A stretch of 64,000 bases of DNA from an uncultured Pseudomonadales bacterium (GTDB lineage Bacteria > Patescibacteriota > Microgenomatia > UBA1400 > PJMF01). Below the pieces are notes generated by a model. That model made no database searches. It saw only the letters and a list, made by a program, of their open reading frames with translations, and had not been told where the DNA came from. The first letter of the stretch is position 1, and each line of letters begins with the position of its first letter. Shown one piece after another: positions 39,415 through 49,172 of the stretch. The stretch covers positions 66,514 to 130,513 of the forward strand of contig CAZSJW010000001.1 of NCBI GenBank assembly GCA_964607285.1, in the 5' to 3' direction. The position numbers and the translations under genes are program-made.

Positions 39415-42174
39415 CTACTTCCCAAAATGCACCGTATGCAAAAACGCACTCAACCTGGATTGCGCAAAAATCACAGTATTTATAGAGGACATAACCAAGA
39501 ACGGCTTTGCTTCTGGACTTTCAAACAAAAACGTAAATGCCAAGCCCAAAATCAAGGACACAGCCAAATTAACTTCAAACGCATTTATCAGGATGCGCTT
39601 TACCATTGCTTTGGTAGCAGCCTTCCAACTTGAATTGCCCTCAGGTGAAAGCTCCAGCTGTACTGTCGTTGCTGATCGATCAACACTAATAGTCTGCGGA
39701 GCAAACCCAGGCGCCATTGCAACAACAGAAGCTGTAGTACCGACAAAGTTTGCGGGTATGGCAAAGCTACCATCTTTATGACTCTGCAGTACCGCTTGTG
39801 TTTTTCCTTGCTCATCTACAAGTGTAATAATTGCTTCAACTGGAGTTTTAGATTGGCTAATTGAGACAGCGCCGGGAATATACCTAACTGCAGTTCCAAA
39901 ACTTTTCCCCAGTACAAATCCTGCATGATGTAAAAAATTACCAGACAGCGTTACCACAGAAAAATGAGCTTGTGCAAGTAATCCTAAAACGCTGAGTGGT
40001 GCGGACACAGCTACAGTCCAGAGCGATACAACTTTGAGTGTGGCAGATGACTGGGCTTCCTCCTGGAGAGCGTTAAAAAGTCTTTCAAACTTAAGCACAA
40101 CCGTTTCAGCATGATATTGGACTGAACTAAGTAGAGCGCTGCCCGTAGGCTGTAGAGCTACTGTTGGAAACGAATCATTGGAGAGTGTTGAAAAAGTTAC
40201 AGACTGTGGCTCGTATCCCAAAGCAGAAATTTCTGCCTTGTAGTCTCCAGGCGGGAGGGCAAACTGTATGGTTCCGTTTGGTCTGGTAAACAATGGATTC
40301 TCGGGTAGGTATTCGGGTGCCAGTAATTGTGAGAAAAGTTGTGTGCTCATATTTTTTTGAAACAGGAGAACTCGTGCTCGCTCAATTGGTTGAGTTGTCA
40401 CAGCATCTTGCACGCGCAAGGGTTCAGCAACCCAGATAGAAAAAATTGGCAGATGTTGCTGGCTACCAGTAGTAGTGCGAATAGTTGCGGAATACTCCAG
40501 ATCACCTGCGCTGATTGGTGAACTAAGCCTGCCACTCCACACTCCTGGTTGGGTGCGTACAAGTGTGGTGGTGTATATATCATCGCCATGTAAATCTCTG
40601 TACAATACAATGCTTTCAATTGCCTCATCATTGGCGATGGCAAGCGTGAGTTCGATAGGCTGATCACTCGGAAGCAGAAAGGGAGAGCTGTTTGAAACTG
40701 GTCCCGTCCACAGGTGTGAACCGTTGCTGGTAATGGTGACAGTGTCTGAGATGGGCACTGCACCCGATTGGGCAGTTTGGAATTGGAGCAAGTCGCTGAG
40801 AATTTCTTGTCCAGAATTGGTTGGTAAGCCGAACTGTAGATAGTATGTGGTATTTGGTGACAAATTGGTGAGCAGAATTGAGTGCCGTAGGGCGGATTCA
40901 CTAGTGAGTTGCTCAGTCAGAGCAGTTGGTGATCTACCGTAGCGTACAGTCAGCGGATTGGGACTGTTGAGGACGACTTCCATACTATACGTTGTGTCAC
41001 TGACCGTTGTGACGGTATAGCTTTCAAAGTTTGGGGTGGGACTTGAGCTTGGAATCGGTGAGGCGATAGGGGACGGCACAGTAGTAGTTGTGCTCGGAGT
41101 TGGTGAAGCGGTATGGGTTGTAGGAGTGACTGTGGGTGTGGGGGTAGGTGTGGCACTGGGTGTTGGAGCCGCATAGAGATAACTTATAGAACTAGTGGAA
41201 TCAACAGTACTGACTGGCTGCGTGATGCGAGCCAGTACTGATGCAGTAACCTCGGAGTCCCCAGTATAACTATCGGTGGTTTTCAGTTGAAATGTAACTG
41301 TTTCGTTGGTTGTGTTTGCGGGAATGCTGGGAATCGTCCAAGTAATTGTTCTGTTGGTTAGGTTTATGACTGGACTCGTTCCCCCGTAGGCATCGTCCGC
41401 ACTGCCTAAATCGTAATTGAGTAACTCGACAGTTGGTGTGCCGTTGCCACTAATTGTGCCCAAGGTCCACTCCGCTTGTAAGGTGAGTGGTGAAGCGAAA
41501 TCGTAGTCGCTGCCGTAGGTAATGGTGTAGGTGATAGCTGTTTCTTGAGGTATCTCAGTGGTGTCGTCTGCAGTACTGAGTACGGCTGAAAAGTCATCAG
41601 AGGGGGGTTGAATGGTGGCTGTTATCGCTATTTCGTCATTTGGAACAATAGTGACCATTGCGTCAGACACAGTTGAGGGGTTGCCGCCAACCAATGTTGC
41701 AATCGTCCACAGGTATCCAGCTGATTCACCTGCTGTTGCAGGATTAGTTGCAATACCACCAGTGAGATAAAAGCCGTACGTAGTTCCGCTTGTTAGGTCG
41801 CCGCTGGGAAAGGTAATTTCCTGACCAGAAACTCCTGATGCTGTGCCTATACCTGGCCAGGCTGTTACACCAGATGGCAGACTGCTGGTTGAAACTGCGT
41901 AGTTACCTGCTGTAGCACTGCCCGACCATGCCGAGCCAAGGGTGATTCGCAGGCTATCTTCTGTGACAACTTCGCCTACTCTGGCTTGGATCAGTATATT
42001 GCCGGGAGCAGTATTGGCTTTGGTGCGGTCTGGCCGCACTAAAAGGTTGGAAAATTCTGCCGCACTGACAGGTTGGGGGGTGCTCAATGAAGCGCCAACA
42101 AACGCTACTATAACAAAGCACACAAACCAGAGCTGACTCCACAGGGGCAGTTTCATACTATATAATGATGCCAT
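39415..42174 (-). CDS. Large cell-surface protein (919 aa): csc-type N-terminal domain, PT linker, Fn3-like and carboxypeptidase-regulatory-like domains, C-terminal TM helices
   Basis: Signal peptide ending VSA-AE. The N-terminal 180 aa are homologous to the 12916..13956 product (NYAVSTSSLPSGVTAWPGIGTASGVSGQEITFP against NWTVTTTNLPLGATAMPGINTATGVSSQTVTFP). Fn3-like LTNLSPNTTYYLQFGLPT. CarbopepD_reg-like PNGTIQFALPPGDYKAEISALGYEPQSVTF. C-terminal hydrophobic segments. Confidence 0.6.
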   Translation of the reverse strand: MASLYSMKLPLWSQLWFVCFVIVAFVGASLSTPQPVSAAEFSNLLVRPDRTKANTAPGNILIQARVGEVVTEDSLRITLGSAWSGSATAGNYAVSTSSLPSGVTAWPGIGTASGVSGQEITFPSGDLTSGTTYGFYLTGGIATNPATAGESAGYLWTIATLVGGNPSTVSDAMVTIVPNDEIAITATIQPPSDDFSAVLSTADDTTEIPQETAITYTITYGSDYDFASPLTLQAEWTLGTISGNGTPTVELLNYDLGSADDAYGGTSPVINLTNRTITWTIPSIPANTTNETVTFQLKTTDSYTGDSEVTASVLARITQPVSTVDSTSSISYLYAAPTPSATPTPTPTVTPTTHTASPTPSTTTTVPSPIASPIPSSSPTPNFESYTVTTVSDTTYSMEVVLNSPNPLTVRYGRSPTALTEQLTSESALRHSILLTNLSPNTTYYLQFGLPTNSGQEILSDLLQFQTAQSGAVPISDTVTITSNGSHLWTGPVSNSSPFLLPSDQPIELTLAIANDEAIESIVLYRDLHGDDIYTTTLVRTQPGVWSGRLSSPISAGDLEYSATIRTTTGSQQHLPIFSIWVAEPLRVQDAVTTQPIERARVLLFQKNMSTQLFSQLLAPEYLPENPLFTRPNGTIQFALPPGDYKAEISALGYEPQSVTFSTLSNDSFPTVALQPTGSALLSSVQYHAETVVLKFERLFNALQEEAQSSATLKVVSLWTVAVSAPLSVLGLLAQAHFSVVTLSGNFLHHAGFVLGKSFGTAVRYIPGAVSISQSKTPVEAIITLVDEQGKTQAVLQSHKDGSFAIPANFVGTTASVVAMAPGFAPQTISVDRSATTVQLELSPEGNSSWKAATKAMVKRILINAFEVNLAVSLILGLAFTFLFESPEAKPFLVMSSINTVIFAQSRLSAFLHTVHFGK

Positions 42175-42247
42175 ACATGGGCTTGCATGTCAGTAGCAAG
42201 CCGAGTACTATGAGAGTTCGGGTAAGTAGATCCAAAGAGATCAAACA

Positions 42248-42973
42248 ATGAGCAACAAAGCTACACGTTTCGCAAAAACCGCTGTCATTTTTTCCGTAAT
42301 TCTTGGGTTGGTTGCGGTTGCAGGGTACTTTTATTGGCAGTATCGGCAACTAGCCACCCAAAATCCTGAACGTGAGATTGCAGCCATATCCAAAGAGCTC
42401 CGAAAGTTTATGGATTTGCCAGAGTCGCCACTGCCAACAATGGCAACAGTGACCGAGAAGGAAAAATTGCAGCAGCAAGAGTTTTTTCAGAAGGCAGAGA
42501 ACGGCGATAAGGTTTTGATTTATTTGTCAGAAGGAAAAGCGATACTGTATCGACCATCAACGGGCAAAGTGATTGATGTAGCTCCAATTCGGCAAACGGA
42601 GACTCCGCAGGGAGCGGAGGCAGTTGTGCCTCCGGATGAGACTGAAGCAGCAATCAAAGAACCAACAGCTATAACAATTTATAACGGAACCGCCATCTCG
42701 GGTGCGGCTCGTACTCTGGAAACTAATTTAACTGAGCTTTCATTTGAACATTCTGTCACCGCTCGGGCCAATGCTGCCCGAACCAACTACACGAGCACGT
42801 TGGTAGTAGACTTGGATGGTTCGCTAGCAGCTGAGGCAGCAGAACTTGCAGAGTTAGTTGAGGGGAAGGTTGGAACATTGCCGGCTGGGGAGCAAGCTCC
42901 TGCAGATGGGGGATTGTTGATTATTGTGGGGCAGGCAGATGCTGCTTCACCTTCACCAGAGGCTACGCCGTAG
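42248..42973 (+). CDS. Membrane-anchored LytR_C domain protein
   Basis: N-terminal TM AVIFSVILGLVAVAGYFYW. C-terminal block ITIYNGTAISGAARTLETNLTELSFEHSVTARANAARTNYTSTLVVDL matches the LytR cell-envelope-related C-terminal domain pattern. Confidence 0.5.
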   Translation: MSNKATRFAKTAVIFSVILGLVAVAGYFYWQYRQLATQNPEREIAAISKELRKFMDLPESPLPTMATVTEKEKLQQQEFFQKAENGDKVLIYLSEGKAILYRPSTGKVIDVAPIRQTETPQGAEAVVPPDETEAAIKEPTAITIYNGTAISGAARTLETNLTELSFEHSVTARANAARTNYTSTLVVDLDGSLAAEAAELAELVEGKVGTLPAGEQAPADGGLLIIVGQADAASPSPEATP

Positions 42974-43436
42974 ATTTTTGCTTCAGCGCTTGGTACGCTT
43001 TGATGTCTCGAAGTATTCCTGGTTCCGTAACTTTTTGCATGGCTTCTTTTGGAGTTACCCAGGCAAACTCAGTGTGTTCATCAGAGATTGTAATTGCTTT
43101 GGTGTTTGTGGTGCAGTAGTACGTAATGCCGATTAATTCATTCTCTGCAATTTCGGAACCTCGAAAAAAATGCCAGACTGTAAGAATCTGGTGGATTTGT
43201 AGATCTGTAATTCCCAGTTCCTCGTGTGTTTCGCGTTGCAATCCTGATTCTGGAGTTTCAAATTGATCGATTCTGCCGTAGCCGATTTCCCAGTGGCCGG
43301 GTCGCCAGTCTAGTGTTGAGGCTCGTTTTATGATTAGAATGGTGCCATCTGGCTTATGTTCTAGGACTGCACCTACCGCTACCATGAATCTGCCGACAGG
43401 GTTGTGTGGTGTGGATTGGTTGTTTGGTTCTAGCAA
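42963..43436 (-). CDS. NUDIX hydrolase
   Basis: Nudix box GHWEIGYGRIDQFETPESGLQRETHEELGI (GX5EX7REUXEEXGU). Confidence 0.7.
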   Translation of the reverse strand: MLEPNNQSTPHNPVGRFMVAVGAVLEHKPDGTILIIKRASTLDWRPGHWEIGYGRIDQFETPESGLQRETHEELGITDLQIHQILTVWHFFRGSEIAENELIGITYYCTTNTKAITISDEHTEFAWVTPKEAMQKVTEPGILRDIKAYQALKQKSTA

Positions 43437-43613
43437 AATGAATTGTTAGGTATTAATTTATCAAACAATTTATACACTAATACCTTAAATTGCCATCAAA
43501 TGAATGTACATACAGCTCTATTTAGTAACAATATGTGATAGCTATCATATTGCAGTGTAGGCGGATACTATATATGCTTAGTAAATACATACTTCATTGT
43601 AAGTAAAGTTCAA

Positions 43614-46127
43614 ATGCCTCGAAAAAAACAAATCAAAAGTCGATTTATTCTCGCAACCATCGGTATGGTGTTGGTATCTACGCTTGCGTTGGTTCTATTG
43701 AGTTTTGGGGTTCGCTGGCAGCAAGATACACGTTCTCAAGCCGCTAAAATAACCAGCCTGCAGTCATCGGTTCCACGGGGAAATCCATGGGATTTGTGGG
43801 CTGATGTTGTGATTGGGCAGAGAGATTTTGGAGAAGTTTCGGCACGAGAAATTGTGCCAGACAAAGTAAATATTCCCGGAGGTGTTGTGGTAGATACAAC
43901 AGTAAGCCCAGGAAGAATGTATGTTTGGGATTCAGGCAACAATAGAATATTGGGTGTTGATTTGGCGCAATGCTATGGGCGGGCAAATCGTTGTCAGCCA
44001 AAAATCATAATTGGCCAGCCAGCTGGAAATGATTTTGGTGCATGCAATCAAGATGCTGCATATGAAGAACATGTGCAGCGCAAGCCAGCATCGGCAAAAA
44101 CGCTTTGCGGTGTGTGGGAAGGCACACACACAATCTTAGAAGATAAATCATTCGCATCGATGGCAGTTGATTCTTCTAGTAATTTAATTGTTCCAGATGC
44201 CAATAATAACAGAGTACTGGTTTACAACAACCCCTTTACAACTGATGTTCAAGCTGACCGTGTTTTGGGACAAAGCGATTTTTCCGGCAACTTATGTAAT
44301 AGACAAAAGATTCAAGACTTACCAGGCACACCAGCCCAGCCAGTGCCAAATCCTAGTGCTGACTCAATATGTTTTCACTACTTAGGTGGTGGTGTTGCGA
44401 CTGATGCACAAGGAAATATCTGGGTAGCTGACAGTAACAACAACCGAGTGCTCAGATTTCCACCACGTGGTCAATCTGCAGATTTAGTGTTAGGTCAGCA
44501 GGGTTTTACTACGAGATATGATGCGGCACTTGCGCAGCCTTTGGCAGTTCGAGTAGATGATCAAGGACATGTTTGGGTGGCAGACAGCGGTCACAATCGT
44601 GTGCTTCGGTACTCTGCACCGTTTTCAATTGGTATGCAGCCTGACATGATATTGGGTGAGCCAGGGGACTTTAATTTAATTACAAGTATTGAGTTTGATC
44701 CCGAAGGCAGGGGATTGTGGATTGCTGACTTCACGGATGGCAACAGACACCAACTATGGTCATTTGAGGGTTCTAAACTAGAGGGACAAGTGTTTAATCC
44801 TGGTTTGCATAGTGGAGGTTCAGTAGGGATTGATGCTGAGAAGAACATGCTTGTTTCCAATTACTATAGTGCTGATGTGCGGAAATTCACCCCAATGCTG
44901 TTGCCACCTAATGATTGCAGGCAATATGATGGAGATGTAGCAGCTTGTGATGCGGCACCCGATTGCGCATTTTATGCTTGCTCGCAGCAATGTTGGCCTG
45001 AAGGCACACCGATGTACTTGGGTTGTGCGGGCGTACCACCTGAAGGGGGTTATGTGGAAACAAAGTCGTTGTATTCTCCACCTACAGGATATAACCTAAC
45101 CTCCGCCAAACGCTTAGAAAACTCTGCCTGGACAGGTTTGGCAGTGTTGGGAAATCAATTGGTGGTGTCTGACGGCAGATTGCTGTTTTGGAATGATTTG
45201 CAGTCTATCAGTAACGGCAAGGCTCCTGATGGGTATGTGGGTAGTTCTTCAATTCTCACCATCCCAGAACCTCGATATGCCCAGATAAAAGCTGATGCGA
45301 TGAACCGTCTTTGGGCAAGCAATGTTGAGCGAATTGATGTTTTCCAAGGTCCGCTCATAAATGGAGAACAGCGGGTTGCATCAATAAGTGGTGCTATCCG
45401 AGTTTTGGGAGGTGGCTCAATTACTCTTAGCGATATTCATGGAGTAGCACCTGCCAAGGATGGCAGCGCGGTCTGGGTGTCGATGTCGTATCATCAGCAC
45501 AAGGTTGTAAGAATAAGTAATCCGCTTACTAATCCAGTTATTGATGTAGTGCTGGGGCAGGCAAATGCTTCTGGATCCTACTGCAATCGGGACGCAGGTG
45601 ACCCTAGAAATGAAAATCCTTGGGCAGGTCAATCCAACAATGATCGACTCAATACACTCTGTTGGCCTGGAGCTATTGGTTTAGATACGTTTGGAAATTT
45701 GTATGTGTCAGATCACTTGATAGAAGTTGCAGGCAATCATCGTATGCTGGTCTTTAAAGCTAGTCAGTTTCAAAAAAATCAAAAGACGGTTGCAGCAATT
45801 TTTGGCCCAAATGCAAAAAAAGTGTTTCCCCGGGGCGAAGGAAGATATGCACACGCACATTTTGGCATGGCGTTTAATAGTAAAAACCAAATGGTGGTAG
45901 GACAAAATCCGTATACAGGCAATAGAGTGCTTGAGTACTACAAAGATCCATTGAAACTGAATCCAGCTAATCCACTAGATCCAGAGTTTGCTCGTCCGGA
46001 CGGAACTTTTGCTGATTTCTTTGGATGGCCGGTAGCGTTGGATTTTGACGCCCAGGACAATCTGTATGCGTATGATGCAAATCGAAGCAAGGTGCTCATT
46101 TACAAGCAACCTGTGTTTGAGTACTAG
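43614..46127 (+). CDS. Secreted NHL-repeat beta-propeller protein (837 aa)
   Basis: N-terminal signal anchor. Repeated D-x-x-N-N-R-(I/V)-L motifs: DSGNNRILGV, DANNNRVLVY, DSNNNRVLRF, DSGHNRVLRY, GNRVLEY. Confidence 0.65.
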   Translation: MPRKKQIKSRFILATIGMVLVSTLALVLLSFGVRWQQDTRSQAAKITSLQSSVPRGNPWDLWADVVIGQRDFGEVSAREIVPDKVNIPGGVVVDTTVSPGRMYVWDSGNNRILGVDLAQCYGRANRCQPKIIIGQPAGNDFGACNQDAAYEEHVQRKPASAKTLCGVWEGTHTILEDKSFASMAVDSSSNLIVPDANNNRVLVYNNPFTTDVQADRVLGQSDFSGNLCNRQKIQDLPGTPAQPVPNPSADSICFHYLGGGVATDAQGNIWVADSNNNRVLRFPPRGQSADLVLGQQGFTTRYDAALAQPLAVRVDDQGHVWVADSGHNRVLRYSAPFSIGMQPDMILGEPGDFNLITSIEFDPEGRGLWIADFTDGNRHQLWSFEGSKLEGQVFNPGLHSGGSVGIDAEKNMLVSNYYSADVRKFTPMLLPPNDCRQYDGDVAACDAAPDCAFYACSQQCWPEGTPMYLGCAGVPPEGGYVETKSLYSPPTGYNLTSAKRLENSAWTGLAVLGNQLVVSDGRLLFWNDLQSISNGKAPDGYVGSSSILTIPEPRYAQIKADAMNRLWASNVERIDVFQGPLINGEQRVASISGAIRVLGGGSITLSDIHGVAPAKDGSAVWVSMSYHQHKVVRISNPLTNPVIDVVLGQANASGSYCNRDAGDPRNENPWAGQSNNDRLNTLCWPGAIGLDTFGNLYVSDHLIEVAGNHRMLVFKASQFQKNQKTVAAIFGPNAKKVFPRGEGRYAHAHFGMAFNSKNQMVVGQNPYTGNRVLEYYKDPLKLNPANPLDPEFARPDGTFADFFGWPVALDFDAQDNLYAYDANRSKVLIYKQPVFEY

Positions 46128-46144
46128 GTGTAAAATAGTGCCAT

Positions 46145-46672
46145 ATGTCCAAAAAAATCGCAATTATTTCTGACACGCATGACAATTCATTAGCAGTAGT
46201 GTGGATCATTGAATATTTAAATGAACACAACATTTCGATGGCTTTTCATGCAGGGGACATTATAAACCCAGGCATCATTGGCAGATTTGCCAATTATTAC
46301 AATGGAAATTTACATTTTGTTTTCGGCAATAATGATGGCGAGACGGCACGCCTAAGCGCATTAGCTGACAATAATGAGAGTATCACTTGTCACAGACAGG
46401 AGTTGCGATTGGAGCATGATGGCAAGCGAATATTCATGAATCACTACTCGAGCATTTCTGAGAGCATGGCAAAATCTGGCGAATTTGATCTAACTATCGG
46501 AGGTCACGATCATACATATCGTGTGGTGCAGCATGACGTGTGTTACTTTGTGAATCCTGGTTGCACACTTACTAAGGATAAATGGTTAGGCGATGATGAA
46601 GACAGTCAAAGTAGTTTTGTGGTGTTTGATTTGGAAACAATGAAGCATGAGCGTGTGATTGTACCAAGTTGA
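46145..46672 (+). CDS. Metallophosphoesterase (YfcE/MJ0936-like)
   Basis: IAIISDTHDN, HAGDII, GNNDGE, NHY, GGHDHTY. This is the calcineurin-like phosphoesterase metal-binding signature. Confidence 0.7.
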   Translation: MSKKIAIISDTHDNSLAVVWIIEYLNEHNISMAFHAGDIINPGIIGRFANYYNGNLHFVFGNNDGETARLSALADNNESITCHRQELRLEHDGKRIFMNHYSSISESMAKSGEFDLTIGGHDHTYRVVQHDVCYFVNPGCTLTKDKWLGDDEDSQSSFVVFDLETMKHERVIVPS

Positions 46673-46826
46673 TTAAAAAACTTCGGTTTACAGCAGTAAT
46701 ACTTATGTTGTACTATACATTCATAGTATGAATCTTAATCTGCGTAAGTACTGGCATCGTTTGCATCCACTCCATAAGGGGTTTGTGTATCGTTTGGTCT
46801 CGTAAATTAGTAGGCTGAATAGTTTG

Positions 46827-46850
46827 AACCCCTTATGAGGGGTTTTTTTG
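46827..46850 (+). terminator. Rho-independent terminator
   Basis: AACCCCTtatgAGGGGTT hairpin followed by TTTTTTT. It lies 155 nt after the phosphoesterase stop. Confidence 0.6.
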
Positions 46851-47050
46851 TATCAAAATTAATTTTTACCAAATATTGAAAGTATGAACACAGAACAAAT
46901 AGAAAGAAGTTTGATGGTAGCCTCAGCGGTAGCAGCGATAATTTCAGCCGTTGTTACCAGTCAGCAGGCGTTCAGCCAAACTTTTTCTCAAACACCAACA
47001 ACTTTGGCAGCCAGCATTCAACCGTGCAGTACTGACAACTAGTAGTTTGC

Positions 47051-48577
47051 TTACACTAGTCGCCGACCCATCGAATCTATCGGTGGCAGTTGCCCCTGCA
47101 TACACCCCATGCAAAACCCCGTAGCATGCGCGTTATTTGTTGCGGCTTCACGCAAGCCCGCGGGACTCAGAAACGCAAGCGAGTCAGCACCTATGTATTT
47201 TTGCATCTTTATGAGATCACCACCGAGTTGATGTGCAAGCAGCTCATCTGCACTTCTGGTACTGATGCCCAGATGGCACGGTTTATCTATTGGTGGACAC
47301 ACAATCCGAACGTGAATTGACTGCACTTTGCAATGTTTTCGTAGCAGTTGTAGCAATCCTGCCATGACGTTACCCCGCACCAACGAGTCGTCAACAAGTA
47401 CAATCCGTTTGTTGGCAAGCACTGTTGATTCAAACGAGAAATGTGTTGCTACTTTTTGTAAAATACCGGAAATATCTGCCTCCATAAATGTTCGCTGTTC
47501 CTCGATAGGCATGGCTGCGTCAACTATTGCTTGCACATACGAGAGACGCAGAGTATTCGCGTATCCTTGCGCTCCAGTAATTCCTGTGCCAGGAACGCCG
47601 CAAACAAAATCCACGCTTCGCTTGGCAACTGGTGCTTCTTCCGCAAGAATTTGACCCGAGCGAAACCGTAGTAAATTGATGGAGGGGTGGTTACGAACAT
47701 GTGCTGATTGTTTGGTTGGAATATGTGCTTTAGTTTGCTCTTCCATCAGATAGACATTTTCAAACATGCAATATGCGCGTTGTGAATTGGTGGGGGGTTT
47801 TAGCACAGTTATGCTGCCATTGGAAAAAGCCACTATAGATCCCGGCATAACTTCACTAACATGAGTTGCGCCTAAGTTGAGTAAACTAGTAGTTTCTGAA
47901 GCAATTGCCCAGGTGTACGGAGCTGAGGCAGTAAGTTTGCCATACACGAGCGGTCTAAATCCATAACTGTCGCGCACGCAGTACACACTGTTAGTGGTGG
48001 CGATTATTAGACTATATGCACCTCGAAATGATTTGAGCGTGCGTTGGATTCTTTGCGACCAAGTTTTTTGTGGCGCTTTTGCAAGTGCATCTGCAAAGAC
48101 GACTGTGTCCGATATGGTGAGGTAGTCATTAGGTTTGCGTTTGGAGAACTGACCGTTGTGGGCAACGATGAATGCTTCGCCTGAAGCCTGATTAACTCTG
48201 CGGAGTGGTTGTACATTCTCGGGGGACTGATCGCCTGAAGTTCCGTAGCGGTTTTGAAACACCCAAGTTTTTGCCTGGACGGCAGCAAATTTTTTAGTGT
48301 GAGCTGCGCGGGCAGGGAAGACTTCACGAATCATGCCGCTGCCTTTGTATGAGTACTCCGTACCTACGCTGGAAACCGCCCAAAAGCCGGCACCATCGTA
48401 TCCTCTGGTTTGTAGTTCTTGATGTGCGGCTAAGGCAGGGAGGAAAAAGGGTTGGTCAGTGGGTGCAACTATCGCCAAAATGCCACAGTGATCTTGGAGT
48501 GGCTGGCGGTCTTGGGCTATGAGGGGTGAAACCATGTAATACGTTCCTATGGTAGCTGAACCAGCCGGCATGTGCAA
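47051..48577 (-). CDS. purF: Amidophosphoribosyltransferase-like protein (class II glutamine amidotransferase plus type I PRTase domain)
   Basis: Ntn-type CGILAIV motif, preceded by a roughly 30-aa leader. PRTase motif RIVLVDDSLVRGNVM. RGNVMAGLLQLLRKHCKVQSIHVRIVCPP resembles the PurF C-terminus. Confidence 0.55.
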   Translation of the reverse strand: MHMPAGSATIGTYYMVSPLIAQDRQPLQDHCGILAIVAPTDQPFFLPALAAHQELQTRGYDGAGFWAVSSVGTEYSYKGSGMIREVFPARAAHTKKFAAVQAKTWVFQNRYGTSGDQSPENVQPLRRVNQASGEAFIVAHNGQFSKRKPNDYLTISDTVVFADALAKAPQKTWSQRIQRTLKSFRGAYSLIIATTNSVYCVRDSYGFRPLVYGKLTASAPYTWAIASETTSLLNLGATHVSEVMPGSIVAFSNGSITVLKPPTNSQRAYCMFENVYLMEEQTKAHIPTKQSAHVRNHPSINLLRFRSGQILAEEAPVAKRSVDFVCGVPGTGITGAQGYANTLRLSYVQAIVDAAMPIEEQRTFMEADISGILQKVATHFSFESTVLANKRIVLVDDSLVRGNVMAGLLQLLRKHCKVQSIHVRIVCPPIDKPCHLGISTRSADELLAHQLGGDLIKMQKYIGADSLAFLSPAGLREAATNNAHATGFCMGCMQGQLPPIDSMGRRLV

Positions 48578-48650
48578 TGAGACAATACCGCTGGGTAAAT
48601 TAGGGCTTTGCGCTTATAATTGCTGCATGTTTACTAAAGTTGCTCAATAG

Positions 48651-49172
48651 TTGATTTATAATGATGCATGGCTGGAATTATTCCAGGACAAGATTCAGTT
48701 TGAGGATGGTACTATAGGTACCTACGCTTGGATGGACCGAAAGGACGGGGTTGGGATAGTAGTGCTAACCCCAAATAAAAAAATTCTGTTGCAAAAAGAG
48801 TTTCGCTATGTAATTCAGAAATACAGTTGGGAAGTTTCCGGTGGCGGCATTGATGACAGCGAGACACCAAGGCAAGCAGCTGCACGCGAGTTGTTTGAAG
48901 AAAGTGGAATACGAGTCGCTGTCGATGAGCTACAAGAGGTTGGAGCGTTTTACCCACTGCACAGTTTAAACACAGAGTTAGTCACGCTTTTCATGGTGAT
49001 AATCGATGAAACAAAGCTTTCTCTAAACAATACTGAGTCTGGAGAAATAATAACCAACTCTAAGTTTTTCACTTTTGACGAAGCGTTGGCAATGATAGAT
49101 TCAGGTGAAATTAATGATGCTGGCACAGCAAACGCAGTCCAACTAGCAATCCGAAAGTTTTCCCATGGATAA
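48651..49172 (+). CDS. NUDIX hydrolase (ADP-ribose pyrophosphatase-like)
   Basis: Nudix box GGGIDDSETPRQAAARELFEESGI. Confidence 0.7.
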   Translation: MIYNDAWLELFQDKIQFEDGTIGTYAWMDRKDGVGIVVLTPNKKILLQKEFRYVIQKYSWEVSGGGIDDSETPRQAAARELFEESGIRVAVDELQEVGAFYPLHSLNTELVTLFMVIIDETKLSLNNTESGEIITNSKFFTFDEALAMIDSGEINDAGTANAVQLAIRKFSHG

